From: an uncultured Gemmatimonadales bacterium
Lineage (GTDB): Bacteria > Gemmatimonadota > Gemmatimonadetes > Gemmatimonadales > GWC2-71-9
DNA length: 64,000 nucleotides
Assembly (NCBI GenBank): GCA_963828735.1
Contig: CAWHFW010000005.1
Location: 2,400,001 to 2,464,000, forward strand
Direction of reading: 5' to 3'
Under the pieces are notes generated by a model. The model was not told the DNA's origin, searched no databases, and saw only the letters and a program-made list of their open reading frames with translations. The position numbers were made by a program, and so were the translations under genes. This document shows, one piece after another, positions 41,607 through 51,808 of the stretch; the first letter of the stretch is position 1, and each line of letters opens with the position of its first letter.

Positions 41607-41959
41607 GAATGTTCCGTCTGGGGCTCGGTACCCCGGTAGATGACGACCTTTGCCCGCTCGAGCGTGATCAGGCCGCCACCGATCATACGGTCGAGCTCCG
41701 GCAGGATCGCCTCGATCTTCTCGGCGGTCTCCACGCATTCCACGATGAGGGGCAGGTCGAGCGAAAGGCGGAGGATCTTCTCGCTGTGAATGCCGGCGCT
41801 GGCGCCGAAGCCCATGATGCCCCGCAGCACGGTCGCCCCGGCGAAGCCGCGCTCGCGGAGGAGCAGGACAATCGCCTCGTAGAGGGGCTTGCCGTGATGC
41901 TTGTCCCGCTCGCCGATGTGAATGCGCATCAGCGTTCGCTCACCGGTCAGGCCGTGCAT
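41603..41959 (-). CDS. DUF190 (PII-like) protein
   Basis: GATVLRGIMGFG, LSLDLP; typical neighbour of crcB. Confidence 0.9.
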   Translation of the reverse strand: MHGLTGERTLMRIHIGERDKHHGKPLYEAIVLLLRERGFAGATVLRGIMGFGASAGIHSEKILRLSLDLPLIVECVETAEKIEAILPELDRMIGGGLITLERAKVVIYRGTEPQTEHS

Positions 41960-41999
41960 CGGCGCCCCTCCACCGCATCATCCATCATCTCGTGCGAGC

Positions 42000-42389
42000 T
42001 CACAATTTCATGCGCACGGCGATCAGCTCTCGTGCCGCGGCAAATCCGAGGAACGTCGCGAGCAGCGAGACGCCGACGCTCAACAGGACGTACAGGGCCG
42101 CCCTGGGCCACTGGCCGTCCTCCATGAGCGCGGCCGTCTCGTAGCTGAACGTGGAGAACGTGGTGTACCCGCCACAGAAGCCGACCGTAAGGAAGGCGCG
42201 GACTTCGGGCGTGATCGTCGGCGTCTCGACGCCATAGCGCAGGATCATGCCGAGCAGGAACGACCCCGTGATGTTGACGGCGAGGGTGCCGACAGGGAAG
42301 GTGCCGGCGGTCAGTCGCTGGATGACGCCGCCGAATAGATATCGGCTGACTCCACCGATGGCGCTTCCCACCGCGATGTACCAGAGCAT
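42000..42389 (-). CDS. crcB: Fluoride channel Fluc/CrcB
   Basis: GTLAVNITGSF, GFCGGYTTFSTF. Confidence 0.95.
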   Translation of the reverse strand: MLWYIAVGSAIGGVSRYLFGGVIQRLTAGTFPVGTLAVNITGSFLLGMILRYGVETPTITPEVRAFLTVGFCGGYTTFSTFSYETAALMEDGQWPRAALYVLLSVGVSLLATFLGFAAARELIAVRMKL

Positions 42390-42412
42390 GCTGGAAGGTA
42401 TACATTTCGGCC

Positions 42413-44230
42413 GTGCTCCGCCTCGCCATCGCTCAGCTGCGCCCCCGAAAGGGAGCCTACGAGGAGAATCTCCGGCGGCTCGGCGCCGTGTTCCGGGACG
42501 CCGCCGAACAGGCCGAGCCGCCTGAGCTGGTGGTCGCGCCGGAGGCGGCCCTCACCGGGTACTTCCTCGAGGGCGGCGTGCGCGAGCTCGCCCTGAGCGC
42601 GGACCAGCTCTTCCACGACCTGGCCTGCCAGCACCGCGACGCCAAGGCCCCGTCACTCGACGTGGCCCTGGGGTTCTACGAGGTGCACCAGAACCGCCTG
42701 TACAATTCGGCCATCTATGCCACGCTCGGCGGTGCGGACGCGGGCATCCACCACGTCCACCGGAAGGTCTTCCTGCCGACCTACGGCGTGTTCGACGAGG
42801 AGCGGTTTGTGGAGGCGGGGCGGGGTGTGCAGGCGTTCGACACGCGGTGGGGGCGTGCGGCCATCCTGATCTGCGAGGATGCGTGGCATTCGTTCATGCC
42901 CATGCTCGCGGCGCTCGCCGGCGCCCAGCTCATCCTGATTCCGAGCGCGAGCCCCGCTCGCGGGGTCGTCTCATCCGAGGAGGCCCCCGGCCGGCCGGCC
43001 AGCCTCGGGAGATGGACGCGCATCGCGCAGGACATGGCCGGCGAGCACGGCGTGTATGTCGCCCTCGCCCAGCTGGTCGGGTTCGAGGGCGGGAAGGCCT
43101 TTCCGGGTGGGAGCCTCGTGGCGACTCCTCGGGGGGATGTGCTGGCCGAAGCGCCGGTGTTCGACGAGGCGGTGCTTCGGACGACGCTCGATTTCGAGGA
43201 GATCACCCGCGCGCGGACCGATCTTCCGCTCCTCGCGGACCTCGAGATGCGCTTGCCCCATCTGCTGGGCTCGCTGCACGACGCGCGTCGTGGCGGGCGA
43301 CCGGGCGGCGGCTCGAAGCGGGAGGCCGGCGGCGAAGACGGCGCCGGGGCATCCTCACGCACTGCCCCGCGGCCCGCGCTCGCGCCCATCGCCATGCGCG
43401 CTCGACCCGACCTTGATCCATTGGAGATCGATCCGGAGCTCACGCGCCGCTGGCTCGTCGAGTTCATCCGGGACGAGGTTCAGCGCCGGCGTGGGTTCGA
43501 GCGCGTGGTCATCGGTCTCTCCGGCGGGGTGGACAGCTCGTTGGTGGCCTACATAGCCGCGGAGGCCGTCGGCGCCGGCAACGTGATCGGTGTGCGCATG
43601 CCGTATCGGACCTCGAGCTCCGAGAGCCTGTCGCACGCGCAGCTCGTCATCGACGCGCTCGGCATTCCGGCCGAGACGGTGGACATCAGCGCGGCGGTGG
43701 ACGGTCTCGCCGCGGCCGTGCGGGAGAAGCCGGGGCCGGGACGTCTCGGCAACATCATGGCCCGAACGCGCATGATCACGCTGTTCGACCTGAGCGCCGC
43801 GCATCGGGCGCTGCCACTGGGGACGGGCAACAAGACCGAGCGCCTGTTCGGCTACTTCACCTGGCACGCGGACGACTCGCCCCCGGTCAACCCGATCGGC
43901 GACCTGTTCAAGACGCAGGTCTGGGCATTGGCCCGACACCTTGGAGTCCCGGACGTCATCGTCTCCAAGCCCGCGAGCGCCGACCTCATCAAGGGACAGA
44001 CCGACGAGGGCGACTTCGGCATCAGCTATCCGCGTGCCGACGCGATCCTCCACTGGATCCTGCTCGGGTACAAGGCGCCGGAGATCGCCGCGCTGGGCTA
44101 TGCGGAGGCGGAAGTCGAGCTGGTGAGGAAGCGCCTCGATTCCACCCACTGGAAGCGGAGGCTTCCGACGGTCGCGATGTTGAGCGGAACGGCGATTGGC
44201 GAGTACTACCTCAGGCCGGTGGACTACTGA
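42413..44230 (+). CDS. nadE: Glutamine-dependent NAD+ synthetase
   Basis: Nitrilase triad PE/RK/ICED; SGGVDS; GNIMARTRM; GTGNKTE. Confidence 0.92.
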   Translation: MLRLAIAQLRPRKGAYEENLRRLGAVFRDAAEQAEPPELVVAPEAALTGYFLEGGVRELALSADQLFHDLACQHRDAKAPSLDVALGFYEVHQNRLYNSAIYATLGGADAGIHHVHRKVFLPTYGVFDEERFVEAGRGVQAFDTRWGRAAILICEDAWHSFMPMLAALAGAQLILIPSASPARGVVSSEEAPGRPASLGRWTRIAQDMAGEHGVYVALAQLVGFEGGKAFPGGSLVATPRGDVLAEAPVFDEAVLRTTLDFEEITRARTDLPLLADLEMRLPHLLGSLHDARRGGRPGGGSKREAGGEDGAGASSRTAPRPALAPIAMRARPDLDPLEIDPELTRRWLVEFIRDEVQRRRGFERVVIGLSGGVDSSLVAYIAAEAVGAGNVIGVRMPYRTSSSESLSHAQLVIDALGIPAETVDISAAVDGLAAAVREKPGPGRLGNIMARTRMITLFDLSAAHRALPLGTGNKTERLFGYFTWHADDSPPVNPIGDLFKTQVWALARHLGVPDVIVSKPASADLIKGQTDEGDFGISYPRADAILHWILLGYKAPEIAALGYAEAEVELVRKRLDSTHWKRRLPTVAMLSGTAIGEYYLRPVDY

Positions 44231-44288
44231 CGCGCTGAGACGCTTTTCATCCATCCGCGCTTCGCCCTCCCTCCTCCGAGGAACCCCG

Positions 44289-44753
44289 ATGCAGCCCGCT
44301 TCGCGCCCGATGTCGCACAGCGTCGGCACCATCACCACGTTCGTCATGCCCAACATGCAGAACGTCCTGGGCGACCTGTTCGGTGGGGAGCTGATGGCGC
44401 TGGTGGATCAGGCGGCGGCGGTGGCGGCGATCCGCCACGCGGGCGGGCCGGCCGTGACGGCGAGCATCGACCGAGTGGACTTCCGGGAACGCATCCGGGT
44501 CGGATCGCTGGTCACCTGCGAGGCCACCGTGGATTTCGTCGGCAACAGCTCGATGGACATCACGGTCGAGGTGTACGCCGAGACCGTGAGCACCGGCGAG
44601 CGGCGCCACACCCACACCGCGCACGTCGTGTTCGTCGCCATCGACGAGACCGGGAAGCCGCACCGTGTTCCCCGGCTGATTCCGGAGACACCGGAGCAGC
44701 GGGAGCGCTACGCGCGGGCGGAGTCGCACCGGCTGGGCAAGCGCCCGGCATGA
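44289..44753 (+). CDS. Acyl-CoA thioesterase (hotdog fold)
   Basis: NVLGDLFGGELMALVD, VTASID, GNSSM. Confidence 0.9.
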   Translation: MQPASRPMSHSVGTITTFVMPNMQNVLGDLFGGELMALVDQAAAVAAIRHAGGPAVTASIDRVDFRERIRVGSLVTCEATVDFVGNSSMDITVEVYAETVSTGERRHTHTAHVVFVAIDETGKPHRVPRLIPETPEQRERYARAESHRLGKRPA

Positions 44754-45595
44754 GCGGCCGCGCTTTCGCGCTGGTGCTGAGCGGCGGCGGCGCCAAGACG
44801 GCCGCCCACCTCGGAGCCGCGCGTGCGCTGGCCGAAGCTGGACTGGCTCCGGCGCGATACGTGGCGACCTCGATGGGCGCCGTCATCGGGGCAGGGCTCG
44901 CCGCCGGCACCGCCCCCGACGTGCTGCTGGACCGGCTGGTCGACGTGGGAGCCGCCGGGGTCGTGCGGGACCCGCTGGCGCTGGTGGCCGGACTCTTCGC
45001 GCGCGCGCTGTTCCGGCCGGCGCCACTGCGGCGCGCGTTCGAGGCGCTGGTCCCCGCGCGCCGCTTCGCGGAGCTGCGCACCCCCCTCACAGTGGCGGTG
45101 GCCGATCTCGACTCACGCGAGCTGGTGCTGTTCGGCGCGAACGGCGAGGATGCCCCCCTGATCGACGTGCTCTGCGCCACCTGCGCGCTGCCACTCTACT
45201 ACCCGCCCGTGATGCTCGGCGGCCGCCGCTGCGGCGACGGCGGGCTTCGAGGAGTACTTCCGCTCGCGGCGGCCGCCGCGGTCGCCGTGGAGCCGGTCGT
45301 GGCGGTGGACGTCGGACCGGGGCTCGATCTGCCTCAGGGCGCGGCCGCGGGCATCCCACCCCTGATACGCGCGCACGACGAGGCCCTGGGCATCGTGATG
45401 GCCGCGCACACCGGGGCGCTCCTGGAAGCCTGGCGGTCCGACCCCCGACGCCCTCCGCTCACCTACATCCGTCCGCGGGTCGAGCCCAACGCGACTTTCC
45501 AGGTCGACCGCATGCGGCGCTACGCCGAGGAAGGCTACCAGGCCGCGCGTGCCGCGCTCGCGGGCTTGACCCCCACCTCGTTCGGCGCAAATTGA
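44750..45595 (+). CDS. Patatin-like phospholipase
   Basis: LSGGGAK, ATSMG, DGG. Confidence 0.85.
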   Translation: MSGRAFALVLSGGGAKTAAHLGAARALAEAGLAPARYVATSMGAVIGAGLAAGTAPDVLLDRLVDVGAAGVVRDPLALVAGLFARALFRPAPLRRAFEALVPARRFAELRTPLTVAVADLDSRELVLFGANGEDAPLIDVLCATCALPLYYPPVMLGGRRCGDGGLRGVLPLAAAAAVAVEPVVAVDVGPGLDLPQGAAAGIPPLIRAHDEALGIVMAAHTGALLEAWRSDPRRPPLTYIRPRVEPNATFQVDRMRRYAEEGYQAARAALAGLTPTSFGAN

Positions 45596-45600
45596 GCCAC

Positions 45601-46008
45601 ATGAAAGCCTCTGAGGCGATGGTGCGCGATCCCCACGTGGCGGTAGCAGGTGTGATGGCCAGCGAAGTGGCGATCATGCTGAAGACCCGCAACATTTCGG
45701 TCGTGCCCGTGGTGGACGATCACCGCACCCGTCGCTTCCTGGGCACACTCAGCGACCGCGACCTCGTCACCCGCTGTCTCGCCGAGGGCAAACACCCCTG
45801 GCACACGCGGGCCGACTCGCTGATGCGCACCAACTCTCCGGTGGTGCGGCCCGACCAGGAGCTGGACGGGTACAAGGTACGGATGGATCTGGACCCCAAT
45901 GAATCGCACCTGCGCCCCACGATTACGGTGGTGGACGGCGACGGGCTGGTGATCGGATTCATCAGCCACCCTGAGCAGATTCCCGGGGTCGAGATCGTCT
46001 GGGGGTAA
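45601..46008 (+). CDS. CBS domain protein
   Basis: VPVVDD..GTLSDRDL. Confidence 0.78.
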   Translation: MKASEAMVRDPHVAVAGVMASEVAIMLKTRNISVVPVVDDHRTRRFLGTLSDRDLVTRCLAEGKHPWHTRADSLMRTNSPVVRPDQELDGYKVRMDLDPNESHLRPTITVVDGDGLVIGFISHPEQIPGVEIVWG

Positions 46009-46010
46009 CC

Positions 46011-46436
46011 ATGCCGGAATTCAAGCTGTTCACCCTGTCCGAGGCCGAGCGCACACTCCCGCTGGTGCGGCGAATCGTGCACGATCTCACGTCGGAGTAT
46101 CCGACGTGGCGCGCGGCGGTGAGCCGATTCGAGATTCTGACCGGCGGCGCGCGGGCGGACTGGGGCGAGACCCAGGAGCTCGTGGCGGCGCGTGAGGAGG
46201 TCACGATGCACGCCGAGCGGATCAACCGCTACCTGCAGGAGCTCGACGCCATCGGATGCGTGTTCAAGGGCTTCGAGGCCGGCCTGGTGGACTTCTATTC
46301 GCTGCGCGAGGACCGGCCGATTTTCCTCTGTTGGCGACTCGGTGAGGACCGCATCACCCACTGGCACGAGATCGAGGCCGGCTTCGGCGGCCGCCAGCCG
46401 ATCGACGGCGCCATCCTCTCCTCCCTGAGCACATGA
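46011..46436 (+). CDS. DUF2203 family protein
   Basis: FTLSEA..LP, GLVDF, LCWRLGE, GFGGRQPI. Confidence 0.88.
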   Translation: MPEFKLFTLSEAERTLPLVRRIVHDLTSEYPTWRAAVSRFEILTGGARADWGETQELVAAREEVTMHAERINRYLQELDAIGCVFKGFEAGLVDFYSLREDRPIFLCWRLGEDRITHWHEIEAGFGGRQPIDGAILSSLST

Positions 46437-46891
46437 TCCGTTTCTGGCTGTTGCTTCATCTGCTCGGCTTCACGATGTGGCTGGGCGGGGGGCTCGCCAC
46501 CATGGTCGCGGGCATCACCGGCGGGAAGGAGCAACCGCCTGGGCTCGCGGCCGTGGCCCGCGCGCAGGCGGCAATGCAAAAGACCATCATCGCACCGGGC
46601 GCCCTGCTGGTGGTCCTGTCGGGGCTCATCCTCACGTTCTCGGTGTCCGGCCGCATGGGCGAGCTCGTGGGCTTCAACGTCTGGCTCATCGTGATGCAGG
46701 GAGCCGGACTGGTGGGGGCGCTGGTGGTGCTGTTGATCGGACTCCCGACGGCCGCGAAGCTCTCGCGACTCGACGCGTCCGGGCCCGGTGCGGCGTATTT
46801 CGACGAGCTGCGGCGGCGGCAGAAGGTCGTCGGGTCCGTGTCGGGCACGCTGGCGCTCGTGGCGCTGGTGGCGGGGGCGATGTTGGCGTAG
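46433..46891 (+). CDS. Four-TM hypothetical membrane protein
   Basis: LHLLGFTMWLGG; four hydrophobic segments; ATGA overlap. Confidence 0.75.
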   Translation: MIRFWLLLHLLGFTMWLGGGLATMVAGITGGKEQPPGLAAVARAQAAMQKTIIAPGALLVVLSGLILTFSVSGRMGELVGFNVWLIVMQGAGLVGALVVLLIGLPTAAKLSRLDASGPGAAYFDELRRRQKVVGSVSGTLALVALVAGAMLA

Positions 46892-46974
46892 GTCGCACGA
46901 GCGGGGTGTGGCGGATGGCAGAATCGTCCGTGAGTCGGTAGCAGCCACCCACGCCGAACGCACGAGTCGCGAGG

Positions 46975-47271
46975 TCAGCTCGCCGGCCAGCCGGCGGCTA
47001 GATCCTCCCAGGACGGATTCGTCTCCTCGATCAACGCCATCTTTCGTCTGCGGGTCCAGCTTTTCAGCTGCCTTTCCCTCCGCATGGCGTCCCTGGCCTC
47101 TCCCGCGGCCTCCACGTGCACCAGCCGGGAGGTTGCGTGGCGAAAGACATAGCGGTAGGGGTCAGCCCCTCCGCGGTGCTCGGCGACGCGACGGATCAGG
47201 TTGTTCGTGATGCCGATGTAGAGCTCGCGTGCATCGCTCGCGAGGATGTAGACGTAGAACACCCGGCGCAT
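46975..47271 (-). CDS. Small GIY-YIG nuclease
   Basis: YVYILAS..LYIGITNNLIRRVAEH, RERQLKSWTR, NPSWEDL. Confidence 0.9.
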   Translation of the reverse strand: MRRVFYVYILASDARELYIGITNNLIRRVAEHRGGADPYRYVFRHATSRLVHVEAAGEARDAMRRERQLKSWTRRRKMALIEETNPSWEDLAAGWPAS

Positions 47272-47402
47272 GCCCACCAGTTTGGGACCCCATCGTCAAC
47301 GTCGCTTCAACGGCTGGTCAGGGCCTTTCGGGGCGTTCCGGGTGACTCTTACGCGCGACGGTCGCGCGCCCAAGTCCCGTCGCCGACCGCTGATCTCGCC
47401 TC

Positions 47403-48155
47403 TCACCGCTCACCGCGCCCGCCTCTCACCGCGCCCGCCTCCCGGCCCTCTGCGTCCGTCCCTCTGGCGGTCGACCGCCGGCCCGTCCGACACACCCTGC
47501 TGACGGGACACTCCTCGCACCGCGCCACGCGCGCCGTGCAGATGAGGGCGCCGAGCTCCATGATGGCCTGGTTGAATGCCCACGCCGTGCCTCCGCTCCG
47601 ACGAGGCATGATGGCGGCCCCGGTCTCCCAGAGGCGGTGGTCCTGCCCACGCTGAGCGAGCCGCGGGTGGAAGGCCCGGCGGATGACGCGGGCCACGTTC
47701 GTGTCGATGGCCGGCGTCGCCCGCTCGTAGGCGAAGCTGGCCACCGCGCCGGCCGTGTAGCGGCCCACGCCGGGCAGCGCCAGGAGGCGCTCGGGGTCGG
47801 ACGGAATGATGCCGGCGTGCTCGGCAACCACCGTCCGGGCCAGGAGGTGGAGGTTGGCGGCGCGACGATAGTAGCCGAGTCCGGCCCAGGCCTCGCGGAC
47901 CATCGCAGGATCCGACCGCGCCAGAGATTCGACGGTCGGATACCGGTCGAGGAATCGGTGATAGTAGGCCTCCACCCGCGTCACCTGCGTCTGCTGCAGC
48001 ATGAACTCGGCGACCGTGACGTGGTACGGGTCGCGCGTGCGGCGCCAGGGGAGGTCACGGCCGTGGCGGCGAAACCAACGCAGCAGCCGGCGCCGGAACT
48101 CGGTCGCGTGCGCGGGCGCCGAACGGGCGCGGGCAGGGGTGGACTTGGGAGCCAT
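47403..48155 (-). CDS. mutY: A/G-specific adenine glycosylase, short form
   Basis: RDLPWR, EFMLQQT, WAGLGYYRRA, LPGVGRYTA, DTNVARV, 4Fe-4S CX6CX2CX5C. Confidence 0.88.
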   Translation of the reverse strand: MAPKSTPARARSAPAHATEFRRRLLRWFRRHGRDLPWRRTRDPYHVTVAEFMLQQTQVTRVEAYYHRFLDRYPTVESLARSDPAMVREAWAGLGYYRRAANLHLLARTVVAEHAGIIPSDPERLLALPGVGRYTAGAVASFAYERATPAIDTNVARVIRRAFHPRLAQRGQDHRLWETGAAIMPRRSGGTAWAFNQAIMELGALICTARVARCEECPVSRVCRTGRRSTARGTDAEGREAGAVRGGRGER

Positions 48156-48260
48156 GGGGGGTGAAGATAGAGGGTCAACGCGGTGCCCGGCCACGCCGGG
48201 GAGCCCCGTTCCGCCCCTTCGATGCCCGACCGCCTGCTCACCAGGAGCCGCTCCCCGCTC

Positions 48261-49049
48261 ATGGCCACCGAAGCTCTCGCGCTTCCCCGACTGGTCGGTC
48301 GCTGGTTCCTGAACGCGACTTCCCACGTCGGCCGGGTGTCGATGCTGGTGGTGGATTTGGTGCGCAGCCTCAACGAGGTCCGCATCTGGGTCCCCAGGAT
48401 GTTCACCGAGGCCTGGAACATCGGCGTCGGCAGCCTGTTCATCGTGCTCCTCATTTCCGGCTTCGCCGGCGGCGTCACGGCGCTGCAGGCCCGGTACCAG
48501 TTCACCGGCACGATCCCGATCTACTACCTGGCCGGCGTGATCGTCGAGTCCATCGTGCTCGAGCTCGGCCCCGTGCTGACGGGGCTTATCCTGGCCGGCC
48601 GGATCGGCGCGCGGTACGCCGCCGAGCTCGGGACGATGCGGGTCACCGAGCAGATCGACGCGCTGGAGAGCCTCGGCCGCTCGCCGTCGTCGCATCTGAT
48701 CCTCCCGCGGGTGATCGCGGGGCTCATCATGATCCCCGTGCTCACCGTGTTCGCCGACGTCATGGGCATCGGCGCCGGCTGGTTCAGCATGAAGCTGGTG
48801 CTGCCGATCACGGACTCCGACTTCGCCTACGGCGCGCGCACGTTCTGGCGCTCGTTCGACGCGACCTATTCGGTCATCAAGGCGTTCGCCTTCGCCGCCT
48901 GCATCACCGTGATCTCGTGCTACATGGGGTTCAACACCAAGCAGGGCGCCGAGGGCGTGGGTCGCTCGACCACCGGCGCCGTCGTGAGCAGCTCGGTCAT
49001 GATCCTGCTGCTCGACGTCATCCTCACCAAGCTGCTGCTCAACCAATGA
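48261..49049 (+). CDS. mlaE: MlaE permease
   Basis: ELGPVLTG, AELGTMRVTEQIDAL, GAEGVGRSTT. Confidence 0.93.
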   Translation: MATEALALPRLVGRWFLNATSHVGRVSMLVVDLVRSLNEVRIWVPRMFTEAWNIGVGSLFIVLLISGFAGGVTALQARYQFTGTIPIYYLAGVIVESIVLELGPVLTGLILAGRIGARYAAELGTMRVTEQIDALESLGRSPSSHLILPRVIAGLIMIPVLTVFADVMGIGAGWFSMKLVLPITDSDFAYGARTFWRSFDATYSVIKAFAFAACITVISCYMGFNTKQGAEGVGRSTTGAVVSSSVMILLLDVILTKLLLNQ

Positions 49050-49798
49050 TCGAACTGCGCGACGTCTACAAACGCTTCGGCAAGCAGGTCGTCCTCGACG
49101 GCGTGAACTTCAACGTGGAGGAGGGCGAGACGGTCGCGCTGCTGGGACCGTCCGGCACCGGGAAGAGCGTCCTCCTCAAGCACATCATCGGCCTGATCCA
49201 TCCCGACCGCGGGACGATCATCGTGGACGACAAGGATGTGGTGCGCCTCAAGCGCCACGAGCTGGCCGAGTTGCGCTCCCATATCGGATACGTCTTCCAG
49301 AACGGCGCGCTGTTCGATTCGGACGACGTGTTCGAGAACGTCCGGCTCGGTATCACCGACGACGCCAAGTACCGCGACCTCGACTACGCGCACACGCGCG
49401 TGGCAGAGTGCATCAAGCTGGTGAATCTGCCGCCCGAGACGGTGGACAAGTTTCCGGCCCAGCTCTCGGGCGGCATGCGGAAGCGCGTGGGCATCGCCCG
49501 CGCGATCGCGGGGAACCCCAAGTATCTGCTCTATGATGAGCCCACGTCCGGCCTCGACCCGGTGAACGCCGACGTGATCGACGAGCTGGTCCGGAGCCTG
49601 GCCGAGACGCTAGGGGTCACGGGCGTCATGGTGACGCACGACGTGCGGGGCGCGTTTCGCACCGCCAACCGGCTGGCCCTGCTCACCGGCGGGAAGATCG
49701 TCCAGCAGGGCACGCCGAAGGAGTTTCTGGCGTCGAAGGACCCGAGGGTGCAGGAGTTCCTCGAGCGCGACTTCCACAACGCCATCATCGCAGCCTGA
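49046..49798 (+). CDS. mlaF: MlaF ABC ATPase
   Basis: GPSGTGKS, FQNGALFDS, LSGGMRKRV, YDEPTSGLDP. Confidence 0.93.
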   Translation: MIELRDVYKRFGKQVVLDGVNFNVEEGETVALLGPSGTGKSVLLKHIIGLIHPDRGTIIVDDKDVVRLKRHELAELRSHIGYVFQNGALFDSDDVFENVRLGITDDAKYRDLDYAHTRVAECIKLVNLPPETVDKFPAQLSGGMRKRVGIARAIAGNPKYLLYDEPTSGLDPVNADVIDELVRSLAETLGVTGVMVTHDVRGAFRTANRLALLTGGKIVQQGTPKEFLASKDPRVQEFLERDFHNAIIAA

Positions 49799-49805
49799 GC
49801 CGCCC

Positions 49806-50718
49806 ATGGACCTCGCCTACAAGCAGGAAGCCACCGTCGGCACCCTGGTCATCCTCGCGTTCGTGCTGTTCTTCGTCGGCACGACCTGGCTGAGCGGGCG
49901 GTCCGTCGGGGTCGGACAGCGACAAGTTCTACAAGATCCAGTTCACCGACGCGTCCAATCTCAAGGCCAGCTCCGTGGTGCGGATCTCGGGCGTGGGTGT
50001 GGGCAAGGTCGAGAAGATCAGCCTCGCCGACGTCGGCAAGGTGGTCGTCTCGGTGAGCCTGCCCGAGCGGATCAAGCCGCGGCTCGACGCGACGGCCTCC
50101 GTGGTGGCGGTCGGATTCGTGGGCGACGCCGCCATCGAGTTCGACCCGGGGAAGGCGCCCGAGGCGCTGCCGCGCGACCACATCATCATCGGCAGCATGA
50201 AGTCGGGGCTGACCGATCGCGCCGCGCAGCTGAGCGACCGCGCCGACAGTGTCCTCCTCGGCGCGCAGTCCATCGTCAATCAGAAGACGGCGGACGAGCT
50301 GTACGAGACCATGAACGCGCTGCAGGCTACCCTCAAAGCCACGCAGCGGACCATGGCGGTGTTCGCCGATCCACGGAACGGCGTGTCCGCCGAGCTCACC
50401 AAGACCATGGCCTCGTTCCGCTCGCTCGCCGGCCGGCTCGACAGCACGCTGGCGAACCCCGCGCTCGCCCGGACGCTCGGGCGCGCGGATACGCTGACCG
50501 CGAACCTGGCCACGATGACGGCGCAGCTCACCACCACGGGCGCACACCTCGACAGCGTCCTCGCGGGCGTCAACAGCGGTCGCGGCACGATCGGCAAGTT
50601 CGCGACCGACAGCGGGCTGTACACCGACCTCCGTGAAGTGAGTCAGAGCATGAAGCGATTGCTCAACGACCTGGAGAAGCACCCAGGCAAGATCCCGGTG
50701 ACGGTGAAGATCTTCTAG
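49806..50718 (+). CDS. mlaD: MlaD/MCE protein; frameshift at G-run 49908-49911
   Basis: N-terminal TM in one frame; FTDASNLKASSVVRISGVGVGKV and helical tail in the next. Confidence 0.85.
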
Positions 50719-50792
50719 CACGGGGGAGGCTGGGCGTCGCATCGCGCGTTCCACCCTCTCCGCCCGCTCCATCCTCCGTTACTTTCCCCCCC

Positions 50793-51707
50793 ATGCTTTC
50801 GGTCACCTTCCTCGGCACCGGCGCCGCCTGTCCAACGGTGGAGCGCAACGTCTCCGGCCTCGCGCTCCAGCGGGAAGGGGAGACGATGCTCTTCGATTGC
50901 GGCGAAGGCACCCAGCGCCAGATGATGCGGTACGGCGTCGGGTTCTCGTTCGCGGAAGTCTTCTTCACCCATTACCACGCCGACCACATGTTGGGGATCA
51001 TCGGGCTGCTGCGGACGATGGGCCTCCAGGACCGCACGGCGCCGGTGACCTTGTATGGCCCGCGGGGTGGCGACCGGATCCTCACCGCGGCGATGAGCCT
51101 GGGCATCGAGCGCAACAAGTTTCCGGTCACCGTGGTCGAAGTGCGGCCTGGGGAGCGGCTCCGCCGCGAGGAGTACGACATCGTCGTGTTCGAGACCGAC
51201 CACCGCGCCGACACGGTGGGCTACGCGCTCGTCGAGCACACCCGGAAGGGCCGGTTTCACCCCGAGCGCGCCCGCGAGCTGGGAGTGCCCGAGGGACCGA
51301 TGTGGGGGCGCCTGCACCGGGGAGAAGCCGTGCGGCTGGACGACGGCCGCGTGGTGAGCCCGGAGGATCTGGTCGGCGCGCCGCGACGGGGTCGCACGGT
51401 GGTCTATTCCGGCGACACGCGGCCCCATCTGCCGCTCCTCGAAGCGGCGCGCGGAGCCGATCTTCTCATCCATGAGGCGACGTTCGGAGGGGACGAGGCC
51501 GCGCGTGCGGTCGAGACCGGGCACAGCACGGCGTCGGAGGCCGCGCGCGTGGCGCTCGACGCCGGCGTGCGGCGGCTCGTGCTGACGCACATCAGCCCGC
51601 GCTACAGCCGGGACGCGCCGGAGCTGCTGGCGGAGGCGCGCGCGGTGTTTCCGGAGACGCTGATCGCCCGGGACGGGATGGAGGTGGAGGTGCCGTTCGC
51701 GGAGTGA
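50793..51707 (+). CDS. rnz: Ribonuclease Z
   Basis: FLGTG, DCGEGTQ, THYHADH, SGDT, HEATF, HST, THISPRY. Confidence 0.93.
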   Translation: MLSVTFLGTGAACPTVERNVSGLALQREGETMLFDCGEGTQRQMMRYGVGFSFAEVFFTHYHADHMLGIIGLLRTMGLQDRTAPVTLYGPRGGDRILTAAMSLGIERNKFPVTVVEVRPGERLRREEYDIVVFETDHRADTVGYALVEHTRKGRFHPERARELGVPEGPMWGRLHRGEAVRLDDGRVVSPEDLVGAPRRGRTVVYSGDTRPHLPLLEAARGADLLIHEATFGGDEAARAVETGHSTASEAARVALDAGVRRLVLTHISPRYSRDAPELLAEARAVFPETLIARDGMEVEVPFAE

Positions 51708-51808
51708 GGTGATCGGCTCGATGGCCGCGGGCACCGCGACTTTCGAGAGAGCGACGTGCTCGCCTATTCTTCAGCATCCCGACCACAACCCAACCCTCTG
51801 GAGAGCCG

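Noticed and set aside
42389..42413. Fluoride riboswitch upstream of crcB
   Set aside because: Only 23 bp of intergenic space and no recognisable motif.
44750..45595. Patatin as a CBASS or other defence effector
   Set aside because: Embedded in a housekeeping nadE-thioesterase operon with no cyclase or defence neighbours.
46891..47402. GIY-YIG gene as a mobile element or REP-associated unit
   Set aside because: No flanking inverted or direct repeats seen; small stand-alone GIY-YIG genes are common.
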